Positions 29,670 through 40,786 of a stretch of 64,000 nucleotides of DNA are shown here, piece after piece (the stretch's first letter is position 1; the number at the start of each line of letters is the position of its first letter). The DNA lies in IMG/VR virus record IMGVR_UViG_3300047323_000675, one strand, 5' to 3'. The stretch comes from a virus. A model generated the notes under the pieces. It saw nothing but the letters and a program-made list of their open reading frames with translations. It did not search any database and had not been told where the DNA came from. The position numbers were made by a program, and so were the translations under genes.

Positions 29670-30253
29670 AATTTTATTTTAGGCTTTTTACTAGGTGTAC
29701 AAGCCAACTCTTTTTCTAAAGATGCTTTTAATTCGCGTTGATTAAACATTTTATCAATTTCTTTGATGTGTTCAATTATATTTCTTAGAAAAATATTTTC
29801 TGCTAATTTTTTAATGTTTCTTTCGTAAATAAAATAATAAACAACATTTAAATGACCATTTTTACATGCAGCAAGAAAAGCTCTATCTTCATGAGATTTC
29901 TTATTTTGTTTTTTAAACTGTGGAGATTCCAGTATGTATTTAACTATACTTAAATTATTATTTAATGAAGCTACTGCTAAAGGTGTTCCATCGTCATAAC
30001 TAATGTCAGCATGATCTTTTAATTTAGAAGATGATGTGAGGAACTCAACTATTGATAAGTGTCCATTCATACATGCTGCCCTTAACCCCATTTCTTTATC
30101 ACAATGAATTTCTGCATGAAATTTTAATTGAGGAGAAGTACATAAGTATTCAACTCTTCCTAAGTCACCATTAAGACATGCAGATTGAAATGCAACATTT
30201 ATTTCATCTTGGTCATACTTTTTAGATTCTTCTAAAAATTTTTCATTAATCAT
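29666..30253 (-). CDS. Ankyrin-like repeat protein (array family)
   Basis: ACLNGDL/ACMNGHL/ACKNGHL; tail KPKIKL. Confidence 0.9.
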   Translation of the reverse strand: MINEKFLEESKKYDQDEINVAFQSACLNGDLGRVEYLCTSPQLKFHAEIHCDKEMGLRAACMNGHLSIVEFLTSSSKLKDHADISYDDGTPLAVASLNNNLSIVKYILESPQFKKQNKKSHEDRAFLAACKNGHLNVVYYFIYERNIKKLAENIFLRNIIEHIKEIDKMFNQRELKASLEKELACTPSKKPKIKL

Positions 30254-30846
30254 AATTTTAATTTCTTTTTATTAATTCTATCAGAAGAAAGTTCTTTTAC
30301 TAGTCCATTAGCTAATTCTCTTTTATCAAACATATCTTTGATTTGTTTATTAAAGTCATTTTTATTTTCATCCAAAAAGTCTTCAATATATGAAGTTTTT
30401 TCAATATTATATTCAAAAATTAAATAAGTTATAATTTCAATTTCATGATCAGAACAAAGTGTACAAAATATTCCATCATTATTTGCATGGATATTTGCAT
30501 GCTCTTTTAACTCTGGTGAAGATAGAAGATATTTTACAATATTAAGATTTCCATTTATGGCAGAACAATATAAAGCGTGATCACTATTTGCATGAATATC
30601 CGCATGATTTTGTAATTCAGAAGAAGTTAAGATATATTTTAGAATATCCCAATGCTCATTTGTGCAAGCATAAGTCAGAGAACTACAAGAATGATAATTA
30701 ATGTCCGCATGAATTTTAAGTTCAGGTGAAGTTAGTAAATACTGTACCTTTTGAAACTCCCCATAGTTACAAGCAGTCATATAATGATTATTTAATTCTG
30801 CTTGAGAACAATTTTTATAAAGTTCATAAAATTTTTTATCATTCAT
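30250..30846 (-). CDS. Ankyrin-like repeat protein (array family)
   Basis: LLTSPELKIHADIN repeats; tail KKKLKL. Confidence 0.9.
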   Translation of the reverse strand: MNDKKFYELYKNCSQAELNNHYMTACNYGEFQKVQYLLTSPELKIHADINYHSCSSLTYACTNEHWDILKYILTSSELQNHADIHANSDHALYCSAINGNLNIVKYLLSSPELKEHANIHANNDGIFCTLCSDHEIEIITYLIFEYNIEKTSYIEDFLDENKNDFNKQIKDMFDKRELANGLVKELSSDRINKKKLKL

Positions 30847-31667
30847 AACTTTAACCTTTTGTGAGTAGGCTTTTCTTTATTAGTTACAAGTTCAGAAACT
30901 AATGAATTATGTAAATCACGGTTATCAAACATTGCATTTATGGTTCTCTGTAAGTCTACCGCTTTATCTTCTTTTGAAAACGAATTTAAATAATCTATTA
31001 TATTATTATTTTTTTCTATATTTAAATCATAAATAAAATATTTAATTATTTCCATTATCAATGCAGGATTTGCTAAATTATTGGCTTTATTACCATAATT
31101 GTCTCTCATAAATGCATACTTCATATATGTTCTTTTATTGAAGGTACTAGCACGATAATAATCATTACAAATAGAGATAAAGGCATAATCATTTTGAGCA
31201 TGAATATTTGAATGCTCCTTTAATTCTTTTGAAGCGGCCAAGAATTTAATCAATTCAAAATTAAGCCCATTACAAGCTGCTACAAATGCTTCATCATCTC
31301 TAACATGAATATTAGGATGAAATTTTAGTTCATCTGAACAAAATAAATATTTTATAATGTTTAAATTACCATTTTCACAAGTATTTTTAATCCAGGAATC
31401 ATTTTTTATATGAATTCTGTCAAATATATTTTTTGTATTTTCTGAATTAAGAAAATACTTAACAACATGAAGATGCCCATTAATGCATGCTTTATTAAAA
31501 ACAGCCTCTAGATTATAATTATCAGTTGATTTAATTTTTTTGCTTAAAAATAATTTTTCAATAACATCTAAATTACCATTCTCAGAGGCTTTTAACAAAA
31601 CATCAAAATCATCTCTTGTAAAATCTTTTTGATAAAAATTTTTAAATATATCTTTTAATTTGTTCAC
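30843..31667 (-). CDS. Ankyrin-like repeat protein (array family), GTG start
   Basis: ASENGNL/ACINGHL; AGGT SD; tail HKRLKL. Confidence 0.88.
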   Translation of the reverse strand: MNKLKDIFKNFYQKDFTRDDFDVLLKASENGNLDVIEKLFLSKKIKSTDNYNLEAVFNKACINGHLHVVKYFLNSENTKNIFDRIHIKNDSWIKNTCENGNLNIIKYLFCSDELKFHPNIHVRDDEAFVAACNGLNFELIKFLAASKELKEHSNIHAQNDYAFISICNDYYRASTFNKRTYMKYAFMRDNYGNKANNLANPALIMEIIKYFIYDLNIEKNNNIIDYLNSFSKEDKAVDLQRTINAMFDNRDLHNSLVSELVTNKEKPTHKRLKL

Positions 31668-31692
31668 AAGCCAACCTATTTTTAAATGACTT

Positions 31693-32247
31693 TTAAATTT
31701 TATCAGAATTTAATTCATATTCTAGATCACGGTTAAAACTTCTTATTAAAAACATTTTTTTAACCATTTCTATAAATGGATTACTTCGATTGTTAAGGTA
31801 GTCAGCTATATATGGATTTAAAGATATATTGAAGTCAAAAATAAGATATTTTAAAACTTCAATTCTTCCTGAAAAAAGAGATGTAAAAAACACTGCATCT
31901 TTATATGAATGAACATCTACTCTGTTTGTTAAATCTTTAGATGTTAATAAATAATGAATTATTGACAAATGACCATTTCTACATGCACTTTTAATTGCGG
32001 AACTATTGTCAGCATAAATATTTGCATACTTCTTTAATTCTAAAGAAGTTAGCAGATATTTCACTAATTCTAAATGACCATTTTGGCAAGCATACTTCAA
32101 AGGAGAATCATTAAAACAATTTATGTTTGCATGGACTCTTAATGTAGAAGATGTTAATAGATACTTAACTTGCTCTACATTTCCCTCCTTACAGAATTTA
32201 AGTAATTTTAAATTTAACTTTTTTTGTTTTTGAATATCAAATCTCAT
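31693..32247 (-). CDS. Ankyrin-like repeat protein (array family) with shortened tail
   Basis: ACQNGHL/ACRNGHL; ends LEYELNSDKI. Confidence 0.88.
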   Translation of the reverse strand: MRFDIQKQKKLNLKLLKFCKEGNVEQVKYLLTSSTLRVHANINCFNDSPLKYACQNGHLELVKYLLTSLELKKYANIYADNSSAIKSACRNGHLSIIHYLLTSKDLTNRVDVHSYKDAVFFTSLFSGRIEVLKYLIFDFNISLNPYIADYLNNRSNPFIEMVKKMFLIRSFNRDLEYELNSDKI

Positions 32248-32310
32248 AATATACTTTTTGAGTTTGATTTTAATTATAAATCAGATATTAACTAAATGTC
32301 TACAAAATAT

Positions 32311-32907
32311 TTATATTTTAAGTTTCTTTTTTATGTCTTTATACTGATTAAGTGCTAAATTAAGTTCTGTATTTAATTCTCTAGATTTAAACATTTTTTC
32401 TACTTCATAATTAGGAATATTATGTAAATGTAAATGAACAACTTTATTCTTTTCTATATTAAGATCAAAAATAAAATGCTTTAATATTTCTATTTGATTG
32501 TATTGTAAACAAGTTAAAAAACCAATATCTTGTATAGTCTCTATTTCGATATGTTGGTTTAAGTTGGGAGAAGATGTTAAGTATTTTACTACTTCTATAA
32601 ATCCGTTATTACAAGCCATTTGAAAACCTAAAAAATTAGGTGATTTAATATCCGTATATTTATTGATATCTTGAGAAGTTAATAAATATTGGACTATATC
32701 TAAATGACCGAAAGCACAAGCTAATGTTAATGGGCCTGTGCTTTTTGATAAATCAATATCTTTAGCTAACTCTTTATTTTTAAAAATTGATTTGATAGTT
32801 TCCAAATCAGCTTTTTGTATAGCTAATTCTAATTTGGCAATAGGGTTTTTCCCCTTATAAGTATTTTCTCTAGATTGATTCATAATAACTTTTGATGTTA
32901 TAGGCAT
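32311..32907 (-). CDS. Ankyrin-like repeat protein (array family)
   Basis: ACAFGHL/ACNNGFI; tail KKKLKI. Confidence 0.88.
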   Translation of the reverse strand: MPITSKVIMNQSRENTYKGKNPIAKLELAIQKADLETIKSIFKNKELAKDIDLSKSTGPLTLACAFGHLDIVQYLLTSQDINKYTDIKSPNFLGFQMACNNGFIEVVKYLTSSPNLNQHIEIETIQDIGFLTCLQYNQIEILKHFIFDLNIEKNKVVHLHLHNIPNYEVEKMFKSRELNTELNLALNQYKDIKKKLKI

Positions 32908-32944
32908 TATGAATCAATTACCATATTAATTCAACAATAATATT

Positions 32945-33973
32945 TTACAGTTTTAATTTGTTATTTTTCAATTCTTGATTAGTAGATATTTCATCATTTA
33001 ATTCTTTATTAATTTCCCGCATATCAAACAATTTTTTTATTTGGCCATCAGTATCATATTCTTCAAGAAGGGATTTTATCTTAGTTGTTAATTTAATGCC
33101 ATAATCAAAAATTAAAACATTTAATAAATCAAAATTTGTATTGATGATTGCTGTAGTAAATGCACTATCATCATTTGCATGAATATCTATATTTTGATTA
33201 TAATCTTTATGCATCAACAACATTTTAGTAAGATCTAAGTTATTATTGCCATATGCTAGTTCTAAATGTGATTGAGTTATATTAAGTTTATAATAGTTGT
33301 TAATGTTTGGAGATTTAATTAAATATTGTATCATCTCTAAATCTCCTTTAACACAAGCTGTATTTAAAAGGTTTTCGCTAATTTTAGAAATATTAATTTG
33401 TTTATTATCTATAGAATTAATTAAATATTGTACAATATCCATTTTTGAACAATAACATGCTTGGTTTAATGCATTAAAATAATAATATTCGCTATACATT
33501 GAACTACTCCAAGCGAATTTTTCCATTTTTGGTTTGTGAAAGTTCAATAAGTATTGAACGACTTCTAAATAGCCATTTCTACATGCTATACAGAAGCCTT
33601 CATTAATTGTGAATTTATCACTATCTTTAATATCATTCAAAGTAAGAAAATACTTAATAATATTTAGTTGTCCAGAATTACATGCGGAATTAAATGCAGA
33701 AATCAATGGTTGAGAGCCAATTGTGTTTATCGAAAAAGAATGTTTACAATCATCAGATGAAAGAAAATATTTAATCAGATTTAGATGACCTCTAGAGCAT
33801 ACTAATCGTAATCCACGATCATTTTCACAATGAACATCGGCAGTGATTTTTAAATCATCTGAAGTAATTAAATATTTAACTTCGTCTAAATTTCCATTAT
33901 CACAAGCATCTAAATATGCTTTATCAATCTTTGATGGTGAGAAATTTTTAAATTTTTCAAATAAACTATTCAT
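32945..33973 (-). CDS. Ankyrin-like repeat protein (array family, longest member, 342 aa)
   Basis: ACDNGNL/ACNSGQL/ACRNGYL/ACVKGDL; tail NNKLKL. Confidence 0.9.
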   Translation of the reverse strand: MNSLFEKFKNFSPSKIDKAYLDACDNGNLDEVKYLITSDDLKITADVHCENDRGLRLVCSRGHLNLIKYFLSSDDCKHSFSINTIGSQPLISAFNSACNSGQLNIIKYFLTLNDIKDSDKFTINEGFCIACRNGYLEVVQYLLNFHKPKMEKFAWSSSMYSEYYYFNALNQACYCSKMDIVQYLINSIDNKQINISKISENLLNTACVKGDLEMIQYLIKSPNINNYYKLNITQSHLELAYGNNNLDLTKMLLMHKDYNQNIDIHANDDSAFTTAIINTNFDLLNVLIFDYGIKLTTKIKSLLEEYDTDGQIKKLFDMREINKELNDEISTNQELKNNKLKL

Positions 33974-34671
33974 ATTTTGCTTGTTTTTGATTTGATTTGA
34001 TTTTCTGAAGATAATTCAGATTGAAGTTCCTGATTTAAGTCTCTTAATTTAAATAAATTTTCAATTTCTGCAATTGGTTCTTTTTCTAAACACTTTCTAA
34101 TGAACTCAGTTTTTTCTATATGAAGGTCAAAAATAAAGAATTTTACAATCTCTAAAAACCCTTTTTCATAGGCACAAAATAAAGGGCGATCTTCATGAAC
34201 ATGAATATTAGAATGTTCTTTTAAGTCAGGTGAGGATGTAAGATATTTAACAATTTCTAAATATCCTTTTTGACAAGAAAGTAATAGAGCATAATCTTGC
34301 GAACCCATATAGTTTGCATGAATATTAGGATGGGTTTTTAATTCTTTAGAAGTAAGGAGGTATTTTACTAATTCAAGATTTCCACTATAACAAGCCAAAA
34401 TAAGAGCCGTATCATTTTCATGATGCAAATCTGCATGTTTTTGTAATTCAGGTGATGTTAATAAATACTGAACAATATCTAGATGCCCATTTTTGCAAGC
34501 AGTGCGTAATGCAGTCTCACCACGGTATGATATATCTGCATTATGTTCTAACTCCTTTGATGTTAGCAAATATTTGACAATATCTAAATGACCATTTTCA
34601 CAGGCTTGTACATAATCTGCATTAATTATATTTATGCTGCAATTTTTATATATATCAAAGAGATTACTCAT
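33970..34671 (-). CDS. Ankyrin-like repeat protein (array family)
   Basis: ACENGHL/ACKNGHL/ACYSGNL; tail SKTSKI. Confidence 0.9.
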   Translation of the reverse strand: MSNLFDIYKNCSINIINADYVQACENGHLDIVKYLLTSKELEHNADISYRGETALRTACKNGHLDIVQYLLTSPELQKHADLHHENDTALILACYSGNLELVKYLLTSKELKTHPNIHANYMGSQDYALLLSCQKGYLEIVKYLTSSPDLKEHSNIHVHEDRPLFCAYEKGFLEIVKFFIFDLHIEKTEFIRKCLEKEPIAEIENLFKLRDLNQELQSELSSENQIKSKTSKI

Positions 34672-35561
34672 ACTTTTAATCTTTTATTGTTAGTTTCATT
34701 AGAATTTAGTTCACTAATGACTTCTTTTTTTATTTCTCTTAAATCAAATAACTTATTTACTAAGTTAACTGAAGGATTTGATGATGCTCGCTTAAGCGAA
34801 TTATTTATGTCAGTATTTCGTTCAATATTAAGTTCTAAAATAAAATATTCTAAAATATTGATTCTATGATTTCGAAGGGCAATATCAAAAGTTGAATATT
34901 TATTATAATTTGAATTAGCATTAACATCTAAATCTTTAGATTTTATTAAATATTTAACAACATCTAATTGTCCTGTTGCACAAGCATCAAACAATGTTTC
35001 ATTAATTTCTGGATATACTTTTTCTCTTATTTTAGAATTATCATTTGTTAAAAAATATTGAACTACATTTAAATGACCACCCATACCAGCAATTGGTAAA
35101 CATCTTGGTAAAATAGATGAATGTTCTTTTAATTTAGGTGACTCAAGCAAATATTTTATAATATCTAAATGGCCACTTGAACAAGCATGGAACAAAGCAT
35201 TATCAGAATCGGCATGAATATTAGGCTTTAATGTTAAATCATTTGAAGTAAGTAAATAATCAACAATTGATAAATGTCCATACATACAGGCATATTTTAA
35301 GGCACTATTTAAGTAATCAAGTAATTCAGAATCATTTTTTAACTCATTTAGCAAACATTTTACAATATCTAAATGACCATAAACTGCGGCTTTATCTAAT
35401 CCATGAGCTTTTTTTAATAAAGAAGTATCTTCAGTGATTGAATTGTAATCAATCAATAAATGCTTAACTATTTCTATATTACCATTTTGGCACGCCTCAA
35501 TAAAAACATCATTTAATTCAGATGCATTTTTATCTTTAAATTTTTCAGATAACATATTCAT
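34668..35561 (-). CDS. Ankyrin-like repeat protein (array family)
   Basis: ACQNGNI/ACMYGHL/ACSSGHL; tail NKRLKV. Confidence 0.9.
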   Translation of the reverse strand: MNMLSEKFKDKNASELNDVFIEACQNGNIEIVKHLLIDYNSITEDTSLLKKAHGLDKAAVYGHLDIVKCLLNELKNDSELLDYLNSALKYACMYGHLSIVDYLLTSNDLTLKPNIHADSDNALFHACSSGHLDIIKYLLESPKLKEHSSILPRCLPIAGMGGHLNVVQYFLTNDNSKIREKVYPEINETLFDACATGQLDVVKYLIKSKDLDVNANSNYNKYSTFDIALRNHRINILEYFILELNIERNTDINNSLKRASSNPSVNLVNKLFDLREIKKEVISELNSNETNNKRLKV

Positions 35562-36478
35562 AATTTTATCCTTTTATTAGTATTAGACTTAGTAGCATTT
35601 AATTCTTTATTAAGCTGCTTATTCACCTCTCTTAAATTAAACCAATCATTTATTTTATTGGTAAAATTACAAGGATTTTCTTTGAGATATTTTTTAATAT
35701 GTTTATTTTTTTTAATTTCTAAGTCAAAAATTAAATAACTTAATAGTTCACTTTCTTCATGTTGCATTAATTTAGCAAAAGCATCATCTTTTTTTACATG
35801 TATATTAGGTCTATATTCTATCTTATCTGTAGTAAATAAAAACTGTACAATATCTTTTCTTCCATATGAACAGGCTTCAGTGAATGCGAAATTAATTCTT
35901 TTTTGTGTTGCATATCCTGGAAAAGTAAGAATATATTCTACGACTTTTAATTGATCGCCTAAACAAGCCATTCTTAAAGGTGAGTCAAAATGAACACCAA
36001 TATCAGCATGTGTTTTAAGTTCAACTGAAGTTAAAAGATAATCTAGTACATCTAAATATCCATGCAAACATGCACCAGATAATGGATTTCCACCTCCGGC
36101 TAATTTAATATCAGCATGCTCTTTTAAATCAGGCGAAGTTAAAAGATATTTAACTACATTTAAATGACCACTATTACAGGCAATTTGAAGAGATTCATCA
36201 TGTTCGAAATGTATGTCAGCATGTTCTTTTAACTCAGGAGAAGCCAAAAGATATTTAACTATATCTAGATGTCCTTTAAAACAAGCAGATTTTAATGGGA
36301 ACATTAAATCATAATCCCCATCATGACATTGAGCTTTAGCATGAAGATTTAATTCAGGAGAAGTAAGAAGATATTTAACTTTTTCTATTTCTCCATCTCT
36401 ACATGCATTAATTAAAGATAAATTTAATTCTTCAATGTTTTTATCTTTGAATTGTTCATAAAAATTATTTCTGCTCAT
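35558..36478 (-). CDS. Ankyrin-like repeat protein (array family)
   Basis: ACRDGEI/ACFKGHL/ACNSGHL; tail NKRIKL. Confidence 0.9.
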   Translation of the reverse strand: MSRNNFYEQFKDKNIEELNLSLINACRDGEIEKVKYLLTSPELNLHAKAQCHDGDYDLMFPLKSACFKGHLDIVKYLLASPELKEHADIHFEHDESLQIACNSGHLNVVKYLLTSPDLKEHADIKLAGGGNPLSGACLHGYLDVLDYLLTSVELKTHADIGVHFDSPLRMACLGDQLKVVEYILTFPGYATQKRINFAFTEACSYGRKDIVQFLFTTDKIEYRPNIHVKKDDAFAKLMQHEESELLSYLIFDLEIKKNKHIKKYLKENPCNFTNKINDWFNLREVNKQLNKELNATKSNTNKRIKL

Positions 36479-37062
36479 AACTTAACTGGTTTTATATATA
36501 TTTTAGCAGAAGAAAGCTCTTTTACTAGTTCTTTATTAACTTCACGCATTGAAAAAAGCTTTTCTGCATATGCATAAGGAGTAGTATTTAAGTATTTACT
36601 TATCTGTTCATTTTTGGGCATATTCATTTCGACAATTAAAAAATCTAAACAGGCATAATGATTTTCTTCACAAGCATTTATAAATGCTTCTTCATAATGT
36701 GAATCCAAACTAGCATTTTTTTTTAACTCTGGAGATGTTAATAGGTATCTAACCATATCAAGATTTTCACAATTAAAATAAAACATTAGAAGGCAGTTAT
36801 TATTAGCTGTGACATCTGCATGTTCTGTTAACTCAGGTGAAGTTAATAAATATGAAATTATGTTTTTATGATTCTTTCCACATGCAAATTGTAATCCAAG
36901 ATCCTTTTGATAATGAATGTCAGCATGTTTATTTAAGCTAGAAGAAGTTAATAATGTTTTAACTTTTGTGAAGTCGCCATCATTACAAGCTTTAAGAAAT
37001 AATTCATTTGCTTTTTCTTGAGAGTTTTTATTTATATATTCGAAAAATAAATCAGGAATCAT
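36475..37062 (-). CDS. Ankyrin-like repeat protein (array family)
   Basis: ACNDGDF/LLTSPELTEHAD; tail IKPVKL. Confidence 0.9.
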   Translation of the reverse strand: MIPDLFFEYINKNSQEKANELFLKACNDGDFTKVKTLLTSSSLNKHADIHYQKDLGLQFACGKNHKNIISYLLTSPELTEHADVTANNNCLLMFYFNCENLDMVRYLLTSPELKKNASLDSHYEEAFINACEENHYACLDFLIVEMNMPKNEQISKYLNTTPYAYAEKLFSMREVNKELVKELSSAKIYIKPVKL

Positions 37063-37850
37063 AATTTTGTCTTCTTTTGATATAGTTTATCAGAAAGAAG
37101 TTCTTTTTCTAGTGATTCATTTGTTTCACGCATTTCAAACATATGCTTAACTTTTTCTACAAAAGGATTAATTTCGCTTTTTAAATAGTTTTTTATATTT
37201 TCATTAACATCAATATTTAAATCAAAAATCAAATATTGAATTATTTTTAGATTGCCTTGATTACAGGCCGAAATAAATATTAAATCATTTTCTGCATGTA
37301 CATTTAATTTTTTAGATTCTAAAAGAAATTTAAGAATATCAAGATGTCCATTTTCAATAATAATTTTATAATTAGAATATGGATGAATATGAGCATGTTC
37401 ATCTAATTCAGATGAAGTAAGCATATATTTAACAACTTCTAAATGACCATTCGCACAAGCCAAATGAAATGCATAATCATCATCTGCATGAATATTTGCT
37501 TTATCTTTCAATTTAGGTGAAGTAAGTAAAAATTTGACAATCTCTAAATCTCCTACTTTTGCAGCTAAACTTAAAGGCCAATCTAAACAAGAATGAATAT
37601 CAGCATGTTCTTTGAGCTTAGGCGAAGTAAGTAAATAATCAACAACTTCTAAGTTGTGATTACTACAAGCATTATGTAGTCCCGCGTCATCATCATAATG
37701 AATATTAACATTTCTACTTAATTTAGAGCTTGTTAAAAAGAATTCAATTTTATTTAAATTCCCATCCCAACAAGCTTGTCGGAATTCACTACCTAAATCA
37801 ATAATGCTAAAATTTTGGTATTGATTATAAAGGAAGTCTTCATTATCCAT
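37059..37850 (-). CDS. Ankyrin-like repeat protein (array family)
   Basis: ACWDGNL/ACANGHL; tail QKKTKL. Confidence 0.9.
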   Translation of the reverse strand: MDNEDFLYNQYQNFSIIDLGSEFRQACWDGNLNKIEFFLTSSKLSRNVNIHYDDDAGLHNACSNHNLEVVDYLLTSPKLKEHADIHSCLDWPLSLAAKVGDLEIVKFLLTSPKLKDKANIHADDDYAFHLACANGHLEVVKYMLTSSELDEHAHIHPYSNYKIIIENGHLDILKFLLESKKLNVHAENDLIFISACNQGNLKIIQYLIFDLNIDVNENIKNYLKSEINPFVEKVKHMFEMRETNESLEKELLSDKLYQKKTKL

Positions 37851-38548
37851 TAAACTTTATTCCTTTTAGAACTATTGGTATTGATAGATAAATCATTAAT
37901 TAAATCTTTATTTAAATTTCTTAATTCAAATATCTTATTGATTTCATTTTTTATTGGTGAATTTATATATTCTAAACACTGTTTCATAACTTCAGTAAAC
38001 TCAATATTTAAATCAAATATAATATAACTTAAAGCTTCTATATTTTGTTTTTCAATAAGAGTTCTAAAAATAAGATCTTCATCTAAATGAATATCAAATT
38101 TTTCCAATTTTTTTGATGTAAGTAAATATTTAAGAATATTTAAATGACCTCCTTGGCAAGCATATGCAATAGGTTCATAATTATTTGCAGAAATATTAGC
38201 ATGTTCTTTTAAGTCAGGAGATGTAAGTAAATAATTTACGGTTTCTAAATGTCCATATTTACATGCTAAGCTTAAAGCCATATCATTTTTTGAATGAATA
38301 TTTGCATGATTTTTTAGGTTAGGTGAGGTTAATAAAAATTTTATTATTTCTAATTTTCCCTTTTTACTTGCTGATGTTAATGGCAATCCATTATCATAAT
38401 TAAGACTCGCATTAATTGGTAAATCAGAGGAAGTTAATAAGTAAGAAATTTCTTCAAGCCATCCTTTTTCACATGCTAAACAAAGCCGTGAATTTAACTC
38501 AAGATATGAACAATCTTTAAATTGTTCGTAATATTCAGGATATTTCAT
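37850..38548 (-). CDS. Ankyrin-like repeat protein (array family)
   Basis: ACEKGWL/ACKYGHL/ACQGGHL; tail SKRNKV. Confidence 0.9.
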   Translation of the reverse strand: MKYPEYYEQFKDCSYLELNSRLCLACEKGWLEEISYLLTSSDLPINASLNYDNGLPLTSASKKGKLEIIKFLLTSPNLKNHANIHSKNDMALSLACKYGHLETVNYLLTSPDLKEHANISANNYEPIAYACQGGHLNILKYLLTSKKLEKFDIHLDEDLIFRTLIEKQNIEALSYIIFDLNIEFTEVMKQCLEYINSPIKNEINKIFELRNLNKDLINDLSINTNSSKRNKV

Positions 38549-39363
38549 AATTTTATTTTCTTTTTACTATATAAAGATACATTTGGAAGTTCCTCGGATA
38601 AGCTATGAGCAAGAAATCTTTTCTCAAACATATCTTTAATTTCAATAACAAATTTTTCTTGCTCTTTTGCTGGTTCTTCTAAAAGTTTTTTGATATTATC
38701 TGTCATTTCTATATTCATATCAAAAATTAAGTAGCTAATGCACTCTCTTGCATCATTATAAATTCCGTGTTTAAAAAGAAGATCTTCAGAAGCATGGATA
38801 TCCTCCAATTTACTAACATTATCTAGGGTTAATAAATACTTAAGGATATCTATTTGATTCTTTGCTATAGTAGCAAGCAATACATTCATGGTTATATCTG
38901 AATGCTCTTTTAAATCAGGAGAAGTAAGAAGATATTTAACAATTTCAAAATGACCTTTTTCGCATGCTGCACTAAGAGGTGGCATAAATACCCAGTTTAT
39001 AAGTGCATGTTCTTTTAAATCAGACGATGTAAGTAAATATTTTACTATTTCAAAGTGGCCTGCGCCACATGCATTAAGTAAAGCACCACAACTTTTTTCT
39101 TTGTGATCATTAAGATTTGCATGTTCTTTTAAATCAGGTGAAGTAAGTAAATACTTTACTATATCAAAATGTCCGTGCCAACAAGCATCCGATAATCCTG
39201 CATCTTCATAATGATGAATATCTGCATGTTCTTTTAATTCTGGTGAGGTTAATAAATATCGAACTTCATCTAAATTACCTTTTTCACATGCAGAGCAAAA
39301 TGCACTACTTAATTTTTCTGGTGATGAGTATTTATATTTTGAATAAAAAGATTCATGTATCAT
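38545..39363 (-). CDS. Ankyrin-like repeat protein (array family)
   Basis: Three near-identical GHF(D/E)IVKYLLTS(P/S)DLKEH units; tail KKKIKL. Confidence 0.92.
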   Translation of the reverse strand: MIHESFYSKYKYSSPEKLSSAFCSACEKGNLDEVRYLLTSPELKEHADIHHYEDAGLSDACWHGHFDIVKYLLTSPDLKEHANLNDHKEKSCGALLNACGAGHFEIVKYLLTSSDLKEHALINWVFMPPLSAACEKGHFEIVKYLLTSPDLKEHSDITMNVLLATIAKNQIDILKYLLTLDNVSKLEDIHASEDLLFKHGIYNDARECISYLIFDMNIEMTDNIKKLLEEPAKEQEKFVIEIKDMFEKRFLAHSLSEELPNVSLYSKKKIKL

Positions 39364-40046
39364 AATTTAAAAGATTTTTTGTTAGGTTCTTTATTTTTGA
39401 TTAATTCTTGATTTAATGCAGTATATTCGTCGCGTTTAGCAAACATTGCTTCAATTCTTTTTGAAAAAGTATCGCTACGATAATCTAAATGAGTTTTTAT
39501 GCTTACACTCATTTCTATTTTAGCTTCAAAAATAAGGTATTCTAAAATATCATTATGCCCTTTACTATATGCAATCATAAATAGATTATTCGTATCAAAG
39601 TCTATTTCATTTTTTAAATCATTTAGAAAATACTTAACTATATTTAAATGACCACTAAGAAATGCAGCTTTAACAATATATTCATTATTTTTTAGATTTG
39701 CATGCTCTTTTAACTCTGGAGATTTAAGTAGATATTGGATAACTCCCAATTGCCCCCCTTCCACAGCAGAATAAAGCATCTCATCTTGCCGAGCATGAAT
39801 ATCTATATCAACTATTTTTTGTTCCAATAGAAAGTAACGAATAATATTAATATGCCCATTACGAGAAGCAAAAGATAAACCTTTATTTTTTACATAGTCT
39901 AATTGTGCATGCTTTTCTAATTCAGGAGAGAATAATAAATATTGTATAACTTCAAAATCACCTTTACCACATGCACTACAACAATGAACATTTAAACTAT
40001 GTTGGCTCATATCTTTAAACTTTTTATATAAAGTAGGATTTTTCAT
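39360..40046 (-). CDS. Ankyrin-like repeat protein (array family)
   Basis: ACGKGDF/ASRNGHI; tail KKSFKL. Confidence 0.9.
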   Translation of the reverse strand: MKNPTLYKKFKDMSQHSLNVHCCSACGKGDFEVIQYLLFSPELEKHAQLDYVKNKGLSFASRNGHINIIRYFLLEQKIVDIDIHARQDEMLYSAVEGGQLGVIQYLLKSPELKEHANLKNNEYIVKAAFLSGHLNIVKYFLNDLKNEIDFDTNNLFMIAYSKGHNDILEYLIFEAKIEMSVSIKTHLDYRSDTFSKRIEAMFAKRDEYTALNQELIKNKEPNKKSFKL

Positions 40047-40102
40047 AGTTCTTTGTATAATTTTAATATGGATTAAATTAAGGTTATACTAACATAATTC
40101 TA

Positions 40103-40786
40103 TTATAACTTCATTTTCTTTTGTTGCTCATTATTCTCTTGTAATTCATTTTTTAAGGATTGATTTAATGCTGCCATTGCAAACATTTTTTCAACTTCTA
40201 AATTAGAATGGATATTTAAATATTCTATTAATGACTTGTTTTTTTCCATTTTCATCTCAATAATAAAAAACTTTAAAATTTCATACTGATTATTCTCTAA
40301 TGCCCATCTAAACCCTTTATTATCTTCTGCATATAGGTTGATATTTTCTTTTAAATCAGAAGAAGTAAGTAAATATTTAACTATTTCCAAATGTCCATCG
40401 GAACATGCATTAGCAAATCCAGATATATCTAAGTTAGAATGTGTTTTCAAATCAGATGAAGTTAACAGGTACTTAACAAGTTCTAAATGCCCTATTGAAC
40501 ATGCCATATTAAATGGATAATTATCTTTAACCAAAATATTTGCATGTTCTTTTAAATCAGTTGAGGTTAAATAATAATGAACCAAATCTAATTGCCCTCT
40601 TCTACATGCTGTTCTTAATGCATAATCTTCTTTCATATGTATGTTAGCATTATATTGAATTTCTGTAGAGGATAGAAGATATTTAATTAAATCTTTTTCA
40701 TTGTTTGTGCAGGCTAAATCAAATAATGAATCTATTTGTCTTTGAGATAACTTATCTAAATTGTGATATTTTTCTTTAATATTCAT
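40103..40786 (-). CDS. Ankyrin-like repeat protein (array family)
   Basis: ACRRGQL/ACSIGHL/ACSDGHL; tail QKKMKL. Confidence 0.9.
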   Translation of the reverse strand: MNIKEKYHNLDKLSQRQIDSLFDLACTNNEKDLIKYLLSSTEIQYNANIHMKEDYALRTACRRGQLDLVHYYLTSTDLKEHANILVKDNYPFNMACSIGHLELVKYLLTSSDLKTHSNLDISGFANACSDGHLEIVKYLLTSSDLKENINLYAEDNKGFRWALENNQYEILKFFIIEMKMEKNKSLIEYLNIHSNLEVEKMFAMAALNQSLKNELQENNEQQKKMKL

